The notes beneath the pieces were generated by a model. That model was not told the DNA's origin and ran no database searches. It was given only the letters and a program-made list of their open reading frames with translations. This document shows, piece after piece, positions 13,901 through 26,300 of a DNA stretch of 64,000 nt. How positions within the stretch are numbered: position 1 is the stretch's first letter; each line of letters opens with the position of its first letter. The position numbers and the translations under genes are program-made. Origin of the DNA: Diadema antillarum (taxonomy: Eukaryota); the NCBI RefSeq assembly GCF_040938485.1, contig NW_027270924.1, forward strand, positions 682,001-746,000. The letters are read 5' to 3'.

Positions 13901-15976
13901 ACATCCTAACTTGGCAAATACTCATATTCTGTGTCTTTATCTGTAGCAATGTGAAGAATTTTCAGTCTATCAATCCTTGAGGAACTGAACTCTTTGTTTT
14001 TCTTACACATTTAATTCCTATATTCTATGTTTGCATGGCTGTTCTGTTATTTTTCTATTGCAATGTATATAATATGATGTCAGTTATTGGATTAATGAAT
14101 AATGGCAATAAGGATACAGAATGTGGTAAAAGTTTATGGAATAGATGCCAACTGCTGCATTATTCATGAGTATTCAATCGTGTTCACTTTCCTCACAGAT
14201 CAAGAGACGTCATTCAGCGGAAGGCGGCGAGGAAACACAATATATGTCTACTGTCCAAAGATCAACCAAGAACTGTGCAAGGAAACGTTCTCAAAGTTTG
14301 GCTCCATCGCAAACATCTCCCTGGAACCGGACAGAAAGTACAAGACTAACTGCTACGAAAAATGTTCTAAAAGTTTAAATCATATTTATGAAATTGTTTC
14401 ACTCTGATTTCGTGTAATGAGATTCCCCCCTCCCCACTGCCTGCCACAAAAGTTGGATGTTTTTAGCGATATGTCGACAAATTGAAGTCTGTCTCTCAAG
14501 ATGGGACCATCTGATACAAGTCTAAAAGATAGAATGCATGTAGCTATGTTTCCATGTGCCCTATGGTGGTCATTATAGATGGATTATTGTTGACCACAGT
14601 GAGGTATCAACACTTTAGATCATTTACACTGGAATTTTACTGGTACTCCGTTAAGAAAAAAAATCTTCCTTGAATCAAATCAGAAGTAAACCTCCTTTCA
14701 CTCTGAATGTTTGAATTCATATGATGTCATGTTTTGTGAGAAAAACTCGTGCAATTAGACATTTTTTTTTGGGGGGGGGGTAGGCTAATAACGCTGGTCA
14801 TAAGAAGTAGTATTAGTGCAATGCAATTTTTTTTTCGAACTACAATGTATGTAAGTATTTGACTATTGCGTTATCCATTTCTGATGTAATTTTGTCAAAA
14901 GATCTGTGTAGTTCAATATTTCAAGCATATGTTTCTAAGCTAGTTGCCAGTGATGTAACCACCCAATGTAAATGCATTTGCTTCATGGCTGCTATTCATG
15001 ATCCTCCGTTTTCTTTCCAGCTGCGCCTTTATCACGTTTGACGCACTGGATGCGGCGGACAGCGCCATCGAAGCGATGAACGGCAATATGGTGAAGGGCA
15101 TGACGCTGAAGGTAGCTCTTGCCCGGAGACAGCCCTCCCTGGAGGCCGTCCAGAACAACACCAACTCTCCCTGGACAAAACTGGGTGAGAACACACTGGC
15201 AAATGGCATATAATTCAAATTTGACCATGCATCACAAACTGGCAAAACGTTGCCCGACTTGATTTTATTGGAGGACTCAAAAAAAGGTGAAAGGGTCAAC
15301 CCAGGCAATCTTTAGTTTTTCATATTTTCTGAAAGAGCTACGTGTACATGTATTCTTTTTCTACATAATTTGTAGGTTTTAGGATAATAAAATGAATAGG
15401 AAAGCATGTTTTTAGCAGGTTGTTTTTAGAACACTTCTTTGTAGAATAGTGTCACTAGATATGTCTTAGAGGCCCCTTTTCATTTCTTTAGAAATTTCTG
15501 TAAACATCTTTTACGTGGTCTTCACTTTCAACTCTAAAAACGTTTGAAAGGATAATGCTACTGCTTTGAAAGTTGGCGTTAAGCATGGACAAAATGTGGT
15601 TATAGAGCATGCTTAATTTCAGCCTAATCTAATAATCCCTTCATTGTCGTCCCTCCACCCCCACCCCCGCTCTATCATCTACCGAATATAGGGATAAGCC
15701 TAGTTACCCTTCCTTTCCAGTATGTCTTAATGACTCTTATGCTAAGAACACATCATACTTTCGATTTTCATTTTATCATTTGATGGTCAGCAGATGTGTT
15801 TATTTTTTTTAATATCCCTGTCATGTTTGAAGTGAAGAAATCACTCATATGAATCAGTAAATTTTGTATTAAATTCTGTTGTTTTGTAATTTTTCCCCCT
15901 TCCAGCTGGTGGCATAACCAAGACGAGACACAAGGACCAGAGGGAAGTTGTAGTATACGACAACACATTTGAATAG
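7926..15976 (+). CDS. NELFE: Negative elongation factor E (NELF-E), 278 aa, spliced: join(7926..7997,8432..8513,10582..10640,11691..11896,13363..13406,14199..14337,15021..15184,15906..15976)
   Basis: All introns are GT-AG with consistent phases; 837 nt ending in TAG. The N-terminus MGYSNKLTEEEEMLQKKFAKLRKKKKA resembles human LSEEEEALQKKFNKLKKKKKA. Other matches: GFKRSRNLEKRLRDPDK, KGLYDRFVS, RRM GNTIYVY...FSKFGSIANISLEPDRNCAFITFD...AIEAMNG...LKVALARRQP, and C-terminal HKDQREVVVY. Confidence 0.93.
8432..8513 (+). CDS. NELFE: NELFE coding exon 2 (KKAIQQLRQSKSNPQTPTTPQPTATKR)
   Basis: Acceptor ttttactccag; donor G|gtaagt; phase 0 to 1. Confidence 0.88.
9218..9357. other. Assembly gap (140 N)
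   Basis: N run. Confidence 1.
9545..9897 (+). mobile_element. tRNA-derived SINE with Deu domain (DeuSINE family) in NELFE intron 2
   Basis: A box TGGCTCAGTCGG and B box GGTTTGAACC; central TCGGATAGGACATAAAATGGAGGTCCC…GTAAAAGATCCC…AAGAGCAGGG…CCCGGTG resembles the recalled Deu-domain consensus; (AAC/AAAC)-like tail. Confidence 0.8.
10582..10640 (+). CDS. NELFE: NELFE coding exon 3 (AAETSKEDARELAKKILAAQ)
   Basis: Acceptor tttctcaacag; donor CAG|gtatgt; corresponds to human ATEQAKQLVKSG. Confidence 0.85.
11691..11896 (+). CDS. NELFE: NELFE coding exon 4 (…GFKRSRNLEKRLRDPDK…KGLYD)
   Basis: Acceptor ttctcaatcag; donor AG|gtaaaa; conserved GFKRSR motif. Confidence 0.92.
12079..12538. repeat. Interspersed repeat built from two adjacent inverted repeats
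   Basis: ~170-bp imperfect hairpin centred on TTCAACGAGGCGCAGCCAAGTTGAA, then IR TATATAACGCCT…AGGCGTTATATA. Confidence 0.6.
13363..13406 (+). CDS. NELFE: NELFE coding exon 5 (RFVSKGTLEDEKRES)
   Basis: Acceptor ttctcacacag; donor A|gtgagt; the only candidate I found that bridges phase 2 to phase 1 and gives LYDRFVS (human LYESFVS). Confidence 0.8.
13709..13867. repeat. Small IR-bounded repeat with degenerate telomere-like (TAACCC/TAATCC) hexamers and a poly-G tract
   Basis: AGGGCAAT…ATTGCCCT ends; hexamers at about 13752..13825. Confidence 0.55.
14199..14337 (+). CDS. NELFE: NELFE coding exon 6 (RRM N-terminal half)
   Basis: Acceptor ttcctcacag; RRGNTIYVY; donor AA|gtacaa; lies within ORF 14102..14407. 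Confidence 0.92.
15021..15184 (+). CDS. NELFE: NELFE coding exon 7 (RRM C-terminal half)
   Basis: Acceptor ttctttccag; CAFITFD…AIEAMNG…KVALARRQP; donor G|gtgaga. Confidence 0.93.
15906..15976 (+). CDS. NELFE: NELFE terminal coding exon (AGGITKTRHKDQREVVVYDNTFE*)
   Basis: Acceptor ttttcccccttccag; resembles human HRDKRTQIVY; stop TAG at 15974-15976. Confidence 0.88.
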
Positions 15977-17759
15977 ATGCATATTGGACTGGCTGTAAAG
16001 GCAAGCTGGTGTTATGAAGCTGAAAATTCAACTCATCATGCCAGAAAGTCACTTCAGATTTGTGACAAAAAAAAAAATTGCTTAAGCAGGCTTCAGGCAC
16101 AATCTCACTGTAAACTATAGAGATATACGGATGTTTAGCCTTTCCATTTACACTGCAGTGAAAAATTGTGGAGTTTAAGAAAAAAAGACAAGTTCTTGCC
16201 GCCACTGTGACATAAGAGCATAATTGGCTGGGCCGTTTATTGCATGCAAATGGCGGATCCAAGCACCCAAGAGGAAGTATTGTTACAAAGTTTATTATGT
16301 TTTTGTGTTGAACATTCTCAATGCAAACTGTCACCGTGAATTTAACGTCAAAATGACACTCCAGTCTTTGACTTTTTGGGTGACATAATTCTTCACTATC
16401 AGTGTGAATGGCTCACTCTTAATGGCAACCATGTACACCATGAAAGCCATCTTTAAATCACAACTGGAATGAAAAGCAGCCATGAAAATCTACCAGCATT
16501 GGAACCATTGCATCGGCGAGCCAACTTTGAGGGCCCACTGTGTGTAAAGCCATTTTGGAACAGGATTCACCTGTTTTGATACTAACATGGAATGCCAGAC
16601 TTATGCAAACCGCTGTGGACTCAACACCACGTGTCAAACAAGAAGTGATGTACGCCATCTGTACAACATTGTGGACACGAAGCCATCTACGAAAAGATCT
16701 TCACTCTTTGTTGAATCGGTTGCAAGAAGGAGAACCCTTGGTTTAAAGTGTGGCCTGCGAACCATCATTCACAAATTACTTGTACCATTGAAATTTGAGC
16801 CACCATTAATCCATTAAGGACAAGTCCCGAGTATGACCAGGCAGGTGTCTATGGGAAATGCTTGTCGTAGCAAACTCAACCTGTCCCTCAACGGGTTGAT
16901 ATTGTAGTTATGTACAATGTGTTTGGTCAGCTGCTTTTCTTGGTTGGCAATGGGAAGTGGCAGTTATTCCTCTGCGTACTCATTTTCCTCTCTTTTTTGA
17001 GCTAGATCAGCTGTGTTTTATGATTCAACTGAAATCATACATTTTTCCAGAGAGGTGCATCAATGAGACTGGATTTAGAAGGAGTTATTACACCCTATCA
17101 CATCCTACAAGAAACCTAAGATGTCTGTGTCTTACTCAAAGCAATTTTAAAGTAGAATCTATCACCGCTGAAACCCCAGTGCCTAACCAACTTAGGCAAT
17201 TATTCTATCTATGCGAGGTCAACTTCAGCGAGGTTGACCGCATGTGCCGAAGACATGTACAAATATTTATTCCAGTAGCTGTGAATGCACACATGGGTAT
17301 GTTGAAAACATACAAATTATGAAGTGACTCCTTTATTTTCTGAGGAATGATTTTAAACCTTTGTTGTTTCTGGGGTTTTTTTTCAAATAGATAATCAGTG
17401 TCGAGTGACTTCACATTTTTTAATTTAAATTTAATTTTTTTTCTCTATATCTGTGGTGCATTGTATTCTTTGAAAGATTATGGCAAAAGGAAAATTAGCA
17501 AAATTGTTTGTGGCAGTTCACCATGATTATGTTGGCAACATTAAGCCTGTTCTTAAGTCTTACTGCAAATTCAGTGTTGATTATCATTATGTTTTCTTGT
17601 AATTTGATTTCTAAATTTTGTGAATAAAATGTAACCTATGTATAAACAAATGAATTACCAAGTTGCTACCTTTGTTTACCATTAATATTTCATTTATTTG
17701 CAGTCTGTCATCCAGATTGTGTGTATACTTGCAGTGCACAAAACAACAATTTGATTCTT

Positions 17760-17903
17760 NNNNNNNNNNNNNNNNNNNNNNNNNNNNNNNNNNNNNNNNN
17801 NNNNNNNNNNNNNNNNNNNNNNNNNNNNNNNNNNNNNNNNNNNNNNNNNNNNNNNNNNNNNNNNNNNNNNNNNNNNNNNNNNNNNNNNNNNNNNNNNNNN
17901 NNN
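17760..17903. other. Assembly gap (144 N)
   Basis: N run. Confidence 1.
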
Positions 17904-18678
17904 TTTTATTTTTGGTGGCCCGATCGGGCCACCAAAATCATTGATTTTTATTTTTTTGGTGGCCCGAAAAAAAAATCAAGAAAAACATAAGAAAAACTAA
18001 ATTGGTCCTACTAAAGAGAAAAATAAATATTAGAGAAAAATAAATATTAAATATTACTGAAGTGATACAGGTACCCTTGTCTAAAATAAATGAATAGAAA
18101 ATTCAATCATCTTACCGTTATTCTGAGTTCTAAGATTTTGCAAATGGGCTTATAGATTATTATAAAAGTTGATGCCTATTTAGGTGGTCAAAACTTAGGT
18201 TTGAAATGAGAAAGTGGGAGCATTTGCAGACATTTGTAAACATCCGACATTTGTTTTAACATTGTAAAGAGCCGAAAGTTACCGTTATTCATTTCTGATT
18301 TCCGAATGTCAAAGCAAACATTCGACATTTATTCGGCATCTTCCGGAGCTGAATGTTATCCTTGTTCATTTCCGAACGTGAAATCAAATATCTGACATTA
18401 ATTTTAGCACCGTACGGAGGTGAATCGTACCGTTATTCATTTCCAAAAGAATACATGTATAAGCAAACATCCGACATTTATTTTAGTATCATATGGAGTC
18501 AAATATTACCGTTATTCATTTCCAAACTTAAAAGCAAACATCTGACATTTATTTTAGCATCTTGCAGAGCCGATTGTTACCGCTGTACATTTCCAAAAGT
18601 AAAGGCAAACATCAGACTTTTTTTGGGGCCCGACGTGCGTTTTTGGTGGCCCTGGGCCACCGTTAGTGTCGAGCCCTG
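17904..18678. mobile_element. hAT-like element, right part (left end in N gap), with five ~74-bp internal tandem repeats
   Basis: Ends TGTCGAGCCCTG; GGTGGCCC/GGGCCACC motifs; repeat unit ttaccgttattcatttc…caaacatccgacatt starting at about 18279, 18355, 18428, 18506 and 18576. Confidence 0.6.
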
Positions 18679-19036
18679 TATATAGATAGATAGAGAGATT
18701 AATATTCCTCTACTTGCAAGAGCAGCATTTTCTTGCTTCTAGCTGCCCTGGGAGGTTTTATTTTACCCCTTCTGTTTCATCATCCACTCCCCCCCCCCCC
18801 CCCCCCCCCTGTGTTTCATTATGCAATATCTGGGAAGTTTTGACATCTACTAATGGCATTTCAACCATTGCGATGGAATATTCCGTATTTCCTTCCCCTT
18901 TATACTGTATTGGGCTCCACTTCCACAGAGGGTACTTACCTTGGGGTTTTAGTCGAACAATGGGATTGCCTAGTCAGAAAAAATGAACAGCAGACTGACC
19001 ATGAAAACAGTGACATAATGTGACAGATTTCACTTA

Positions 19037-19625
19037 CAGTGCACTCCCGTTACAACGAACATGGTTATAATGAAATTTCGTTATAACGAAGTAAAACTTC
19101 TGGTCCCAAAATTATCGCCATTAAAGTCTATGGTACAAAATTCGCTTATAACGAACACGGTTATAGCGAAGTTTTCATTATAACGAAGTCTTTTTTGAGC
19201 GCCACTGACAAAGAAAAACAAAAGAAATGTGCTCCGTTACAACGAACTGAGGATCATTTTTGAAAATACACTGTGTACGTAGTGGAACAAGCATTTATAG
19301 CGTCTCTGCATGGGCGAACGCGTCACATCACTGTGCGTTCGCTTGGTGTGTCACGCACAGTTTCCGAGGGGAACTTGCGTTATTGTAATACAATAATCTG
19401 AAATTGAATAACTATTTGTTTTATTGTTCACATAGCTTTTCAGTGTATGACGAGTATACAACAAACAGAATATCATATATGCTTGGCTTCCTTGTTTTCG
19501 TTATATATTGTATTTGTTCGGTTATAACGAAATTTCGTTATAACCGAAAAAAAACCCCGAAACCGAAACCGAAAAAAAAAGAAAACTGCCGGTCCCGAGC
19601 AATTCGTTTTAACGGGAGTGCACTG
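19037..19625. mobile_element. Tc1/mariner-pogo (Tigger-like) MITE
   Basis: TIR CAGTGCACTCCCGTT / AACGGGAGTGCACTG flanked by TA; repeated CGTTATAACG motifs. Confidence 0.85.
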
Positions 19626-20817
19626 TATACAGTATGTAATATTGATAAAATACACCTAACTTTTCTTGAAAATGTACTACAGACTGTACTGTATATTTCT
19701 ATTGGTTGATTAAGTTAATCTATATATACCATTGATCAAGCAAACTATCAAAGTGGTAGAGGTCATAAAAAAAAAAAAAAAATGCTGAAGACCATGTTCA
19801 CTAAAATATGCCAACACAGATACAAGTTTGAGAGACTAGTTCACTGTGTATGCAATGTTCATGACCAGCACAAATAAACATACACACAGGTCCAGTCTAT
19901 TTTTCTTTTCTGTTTTCAGCTGTTCGCTTGCATAATTTCTTTATACATGTATATGATGCTTCATTTTATGTTATCAAGAACCCCCCTCCAAAAAAACAAC
20001 AACAAACAAACAACCTAGATATACTGTATCTTCTCTCTCACTGGCATCTTGCAAGTATACTTAGCTCTTTACTAAAGAGCTGGTATCTTTGTTTACTTTT
20101 CGACCTTTGACCTCTTCACATAACCTTTTCAAATCTCTGACTCTCCTCGCTTTTCACCTATGACCAAAAAGAAAAGACAAAGCAAATATTTAGCATGGTA
20201 AATATCTTTTATTCCAAGCATTGGCATCTCTTGGTCAGTATGGGCCTCTAGCCAACCGACTGATTTGAAAAACCTGTGTCACACATTCAGAACATACTCG
20301 TCTGAATTCGTTCTCACCCGATACAGCACATATGCGTGTTCTCACCTTAAACTGAGAATCCACAACCATCTCGTGAGTACAAATACATACATCACAGCTT
20401 GCCCCAAGAATTAATTACAGGAGCATCCTACCAATCTGAAGGAACATTCAAATACTAATTCACAATTCAAAGCAACAAAACAATACATTTTTCAGAAACT
20501 GCGTAACCAAGCATGGAAGGTTTTTGTTTGTTTGTTCTTTTAAATCTCTCCTGTTTTCTTTCTTGTTGGTCATATACAACTATCAGTGATTTAGAGTTTC
20601 CAGAAATTATAATAATCGGTCCTTAATATTGAATTACGTAAAGTAAATGGCGGGCAGTTTATCATTGACGTTGACATATTCCCAAGGAAAGAATAAAGAT
20701 TGTGCAAAGTGGTAGGAAGAGAGCGAACAACAGGATATGTTGTAGATACACTGTACTTGTCTCGTACAAAGTCTTCATGCATAAAACATCAATGTGTGGC
20801 AGTAGATTATAGGGTCA

Positions 20818-20958
20818 NNNNNNNNNNNNNNNNNNNNNNNNNNNNNNNNNNNNNNNNNNNNNNNNNNNNNNNNNNNNNNNNNNNNNNNNNNNNNNNNNNN
20901 NNNNNNNNNNNNNNNNNNNNNNNNNNNNNNNNNNNNNNNNNNNNNNNNNNNNNNNNNN
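20818..20958. other. Assembly gap (141 N)
   Basis: N run. Confidence 1.
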
Positions 20959-23195
20959 ACTGGTTTTATTTAAAAAATCAGTGAACGTGGCAAAATATTG
21001 ATCAGCCATGGTGCACGCATAAATGTACGTGTAAGCTATTATTTCAGGAATATTGTGAATTCAGTCTTTTTTTTCTCTCTCTTTTTTGAGTGTTGAGGTT
21101 AATTCTTGTAAACTTACTGGTAGATGAACATAGATTACTATGCTTTAAAGACAAAACTTTTAAACATAACGTAGCCACACGGATCTACTAGTCGTTTCTC
21201 CTAGCCTGTCTTCCAATGATTTCATGGCTACTCGCTTGTCATGAGGAAAGCATGTGACAACTCTAGCTTGGGGTCAAAGTTTCATACCTGTAACATCTAA
21301 CATCTCTTGTAAATGATCTACATCATTACATACCATCCCATCGAGATTCTAAATCACAATATGGCAACTGTCATCTTTTTTTTTTTTCCTCCAAGAGAAC
21401 AATTAATTTCCTCTTCAACATTGCTATGAAACATGTCTGCCTATGCACATGTAGTCACACAGGTAATGTCATGTTTATCTCTTCAAATTACATATATATA
21501 ATCATAATTATATATATTTATACTTGATGCTTATACACAATATTAAAAGAAAAAAATGGACAACAGCTGATGTCTTTATGGAATGCATGCAATAGTTCCA
21601 TCAGCCATATTGAGTTCAAAGTCACAAAATATGCAAGTAGCTGGCCACATTAGATACATTGTAATGATATGAGCAAGGCAGTCAAGTGTAATAAAGTCTT
21701 GACTAAAGACTGCACGACACTCGTGTAACCTATAATACCTCACAATATGGGACCAGTATTACACAATGTACATACCACGGTACACATAAATCAATACATC
21801 CCTTTATAAGCTGTGAATTATTATTTCAAATTTGCAGAAGTGAGTGTCTTTCTCAGCATATCAGACATGGTGCTGCTGTGCTGGTATTGCAGAACTTTCT
21901 GTGAAGAGACTAGACTTCCTCTTCAGCAGAAGCACAACGTAAACAAAGGCAAAATAAAGCAAACGCTTTCGCTGAAGATGAAGATAAGAGGCAAAGATGC
22001 CAAGTTAAAGTTTGCTTCTTTTGCTTTGTTTTCTTCCCTGTTCCCAGCAAAAGTGGTCCTGTTCTCACACGTCCGCAAGTAACGATTTCTGAATGTAGAT
22101 TTTTGCAACGTGGTGGGAAAACTGTTCATTCTTGCATGTGAGCACAAAAGATTGTTACCAGATAATTCTCATGATTACAAAAATCAGTCCTTTTTTTTTT
22201 TAAACTCTCATAAAAATTTGACCTGCACAGCATGTGTGAACAGGACCCAAACAGAACATTGATTTCTTTTAATCCAATAATGCAAGTCGCCACGCTATGT
22301 CTGCACACTTGGGTGCTCAGGGTCACACTCACATTCTATAGTCATGCGTAGTCTTGAGAGTCAGAGTGCTTCATTTGCAGCTGGTGATACACATATACAG
22401 TGTATATATATATTTTTTTCTTGCTGCGTGTGAACAGTGGCAAATAACGTTGGTTTTAGCATCACGATGCAAAAATAAATAACTCTTGCATGCGCATTCG
22501 GCTCGTGTGATACAATGCATTGGACTTCTAAAATATTTCCTAGGATATAGACCTCCCAATATGTTGACTTTATGCCAAATCCATTATTCTGCAATACTGA
22601 CAACGACGAAACTTTTGCTTCACATCTCAGAGCATCATATCTAAAAGTGTGTCACGTTCTGCCTTATTCTGACTGGTCTGAAGAGGGTAAATTTATGACA
22701 TTGTTTCAAACAACATACTAGAGTTGAGCCTTTATGCGTTGGGGCTGTGGTCGTAGGACCCAAGATACTTCACAGGTGAAACACACACAAAAGCTCAGGA
22801 TGCTCAGAATAGTCTTTCCATAAAGTGATATCATGAAATCTTGTTTGATAATTATGCAATTTGAAATATTACATGTATAATAATTATGGTATAATAATAC
22901 AATGAAAATATGAATCAATTGTATATCTGACAGATAACATTCAGGTGTTAATTAAATATCTACTGCTGAATAATTTGGTTGTATGATTTAGATGTCATTG
23001 CTTTTCATAAGATTAACTGGGTGAATACTAGTCATACCATTGGGCAAAACAGTGGATATTCATGTTCATGTAAGAACAGTGACAACGTAAAACTTTTGAC
23101 AGGAATAAGTGTATGACCAATTCCTGAAAAAGCAAAACAAACAGCACGGCTGCACACTGAAGTTTCAAATTAACATAATAATACTGGTATACATA

Positions 23196-23382
23196 CAGTG
23201 TACTCCCATTATAACGAACATGGTTAAAGCGAAATTCCGGTTAAAACAAAGAAAAAATTCGGGCTGCAACGTTATCCATTCTGTGCCTTTTTATTGTTTA
23301 TTTGTTCGGTTCATAACAAAATTTCGATATAACGAAAGAAAACTGCTGGTCCCGAGGATTTCGTTATAACAGGAGTCCACTG
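23196..23382. mobile_element. Short member of the same Tigger-like MITE family
   Basis: TA-CAGTGTACTCCC…GGAGTCCACTG-TA; a more decayed copy lies at about 57675..57862. Confidence 0.75.
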
Positions 23383-26300
23383 TATTACATATTGGGAATA
23401 AATCCTTGTATGCCTCATATGTTAAGAATTCAAGCATTTTACAAATCATCCACTGGAGTTAAGATTATTTATGTAATATAGATGATAAGATAATTTTACA
23501 AATTACAGCAATGTATTTGCTTGCCAACAAATTTTTTTACCGGTACATGATTGTGCGTAAAAATTTAATGTAAATTAACATCGGTACGCCTCCACAACCA
23601 GAAGCTGCTCTTCATGAGATTGTCCACAGCTGTACTTCAGCAGATTGTCCATAGCTGAGATAAAAGGACACATCTGCCATCACTAAAGCTATGAATGACA
23701 GAAGATGCCAACACACAGCTGGACAAGTGAAATTGATTCGACACAGATTCCTAGTACAGCGCAATGTTTCGATTTCCACACTAAGCACGGGTGAATACAC
23801 ACGAAATGGATAATGATACAAGTGGAAAATTTAAATACAATGGAGGGGTAGGGAGCCTAACATGCACCAAATATATTGCACATAGAGAAAACGCTCAGAA
23901 CATATACATACATGTTCACAGATGACCAAAAGTCTGTTGTGACAATCAATGTCAGTGGTTGGGAGAAAAGTTTTCTCAAAATGAACAAATCTTGTGAAGT
24001 CTTTTCTCTCTGTTGTATCATGTCCTGCTGCCAAAATTGTTCATCATGTTGCATTGCGAGTGAGGAGAGATACATCTCTATAACAGTGTATACTTTCCAA
24101 GCGAGTGACCTTGAGAGACTCTTTTTCTTCTTCTTTTTTTGCCAACTATTCCATCATTAATGAAAAAAAAAAAAAAAAAATTAAACAACAAACAGAAGAA
24201 ATGCAAGTTACTTTGAGTGCTCCTGCTCCAAACAGAGCCAATCGAATTAAAGGCACATAGACCCGGTGGGTGCAAGGGAGCTACTGCCAATCACCATTAG
24301 GATGATACGAAGATTGCCGAAGTTGAGCTGTCATCAGGAGTAAAGCACGTAGGTGTTGCTAGGTAACGTTGCTTTCGTTGTCTTTTGCGCGTCACACAGT
24401 CTGTAGTGATGCCAGGGTGTGCACTTCTTAGTATGACGTCACAGAAGAAGTTCACTAAAGCTGTCATCATCAGCCGAATCATGAGCCGAACTGTGATCGG
24501 ACTTCTTTGGACTCCGGGGAAATGGGTCACAGCATAAGCATTAAAGAGGAGTCGATAGCATAGGTCTCTGTAGGAAAATTGCGCCATGCATTCGCGTATG
24601 CATTCAACTAAACCACCGGGGCTACGTGCCTTTAACACAGCACCACGGAAACACATGCCTCCATCATGCAAAGAGCAAGCTAGTGGAGTAAAGGGACAAG
24701 CTAATGCTTGCTCATTAAAACACTTAATTATCATGAGATGGTTACAAGATCTTACAGGTCCTTACGTAGCTACTTTCTGGCTCCATGCTCAAAAAGATAT
24801 CAGATACTGATTTGAACAACATCACTGAACTTTTACTTTGTTCACAACAAATGAAGATATCCCATGTTAAAAGAAACATATGAGTGCTACACGTAATGGA
24901 AGAAAAACGAATGTCTGTGTACATGTACGACACACGACATTTTTGGGAGACAAATTAATAAAAATTAAGTTTACAATGTGATTAATCAATATAAAAGAAA
25001 AAATAGAAAGTGAATAACCCGAATAATTTTGAACTAACGATTCTAATGGATATATAATGTCCATTCATTGGATTTTAGTCTTACCATATAAAGGAGAGTT
25101 TTGTGGCTAATCCCAAGCGCCATACCATGTGTTTTGTGACATACAATGTAAAACATCTGATTTTACGACAGCAAATTCACTCATGAATGCTACTGAACGT
25201 GAAGAAATTACTACACAATGTAGCGGTTGTACCCCAACTATATACCTATCTTGAAATCATAGATATCAAATGCGTCTGATTTGCAGTTATCTTTTACAGC
25301 AGTATGTGCTGCCAAAGACCTTTAATAACTGCCGTGGCAGCAGTGAGCCGTTTAAAGTGCTAACTAAATTGTTGTGATCATCTGCAAAAATTAAAAGCAT
25401 GCGATATTCATCTTACCCGGCCAAGTATTGAAAAGTTTTTCACATGAAAATTTCCTCTTTGACAGAATGTCTTCCACACAGTACAAAGAAAAGAAAGCCA
25501 TTGTTCCAAAAATTTGCAAAGGAATTAAGTGATACTGATTAATCAGATCCCAAGCACCACTACACAGCATAGACATCTTTCGAAATGATTATATCGGAAT
25601 ACAAAAATGAATATTCCTGATTAAGTATGATAAGTCCATAGGCAAATGTATAATGTATTAATTGATACTGTGTGCTCTCTAGTTTTATGTCCACTAGCGA
25701 TCAATAAAAATAAAAACTATTTGGCAAATATCCATCTGTCAACGGTCTGGTATTCGTCACATTTACTGTTTTAAATCTTGCAAGCTTTGAATATGACTTG
25801 TAGCTGACTTAGATCAAACGAATACCTTCCCAGCTCTCGTCCATTCAGTACACTTGCAATCAATATTCAATGAACAGTTACATAAAATAGGATCATTTTT
25901 TTTTTCTCATCTGTCTGTCTATATACAACAATTGTAATGTACAATTTCTTGTATTTTTGTCTGCACATGTCTCAGATAGAGGTGGCTCTCCTGAAATACG
26001 ATAATTCATCTCCATGGTACTTACATATATACAGTAGCCTTCTTACCTCCTCCCCCCCCCCCCCCCCCTACAATTTTCATTGGCCCTTTCACACCATAAT
26101 TTGACATGGGCACTATCAAATTTATTATACAGTTGCATTGGTAGGATAGGATTCCAGTTTGCCGCACAGAAGATCCCCACAGTCCATTCTATTGTCAAAT
26201 CGCTGTCAAACACGAGCCAAAAGCCTTTCTGAACTGGGCTTCTGTGTTTGTTGATAATCTGCCATGCAACTTTAGTTTTGCTTTCCAAAATGTGGAATGT

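Noticed and set aside
15768-16334. 188-aa minus-strand ORF
   Set aside because: Antisense to the NELFE last exon and 3' UTR; no domain features.
24297-24734. 145-aa minus-strand ORF
   Set aside because: No recognisable motif or splice context; it lies in UTR-like DNA and is a length expected by chance.
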